Shown here piece by piece: positions 63,875 through 64,000 of a DNA stretch of 64,000 bases (within the stretch, counting starts at the first letter, position 1; each line of letters starts with the position of its first letter). Both the position numbers and the translations under genes were made by a program. The stretch spans positions 96,001 through 160,000 of the forward strand of contig CAVPRW010000014.1 in the NCBI GenBank assembly GCA_963707985.1, in the 5' to 3' direction. The notes below the pieces were generated by a model. It had not been told where the DNA came from, did no database searches, and was given only the letters and a program-made list of their open reading frames with translations. The DNA comes from an uncultured Nitrospinota bacterium (lineage in GTDB: Bacteria > Tectomicrobia > Entotheonellia > J063 > CAVPRW01).

Positions 63875-64000
63875 GGACAGTCCTCCTTGGCAACAGGGAT
63901 AGGAGCGAAGGGGTCAGACGCGAGGTCTGCCGGCGACACACGCGTGAGGCCGGCAGTGGCGCAAGTGTACCGGGGTGGGGTTAGGGTGTCAATCGCCGGC

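Noticed and set aside
1..64000. tRNA, rRNA, riboswitch or CRISPR loci
   Set aside because: None recognisable by eye; a covariance-model scan is needed to exclude them fully

Overview
A 64-kb window from a GC-rich bacterium. Gene content (F420-type LLM, class III CoA-transferases, Rieske oxygenase, CapA, NIPSNAP) resembles Ca. Tectomicrobia or similar soil/sponge lineages; this is inference only. It holds mostly catabolic and redox enzymes, typA, glgX, an ABC-2 exporter and a heme-c hybrid kinase / response regulator / adenylate cyclase module, interleaved with small accessory patches. About a dozen ordinary genes are split by single-base indels, several in homopolymers, probably long-read errors. 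No rRNA, tRNA or CRISPR array was seen. Main observations: (1) two transposase-less cassettes (4961-7538 and 56695-58492), each bounded by the same family of ~130-180-bp inverted termini built from tandem CTGAGAAC-like motifs with TA at the outer edge, carrying unrelated enzyme cargo; (2) a radical SAM gene that probably reads through UGA as selenocysteine into a C-U-A-E-P tail with a SECIS-like hairpin, missed by the ORF track; (3) two islands bracketed by diverged duplicates of host-gene 3' ends; (4) attC-like or tyrosine-recombinase-like sites around low-GC orphan genes, one of them a proteasome-beta-like Ntn protein; (5) IS elements whose termini can be delimited (IS1-like, IS481-like, internally deleted ISKra4) and an IS110 remnant.
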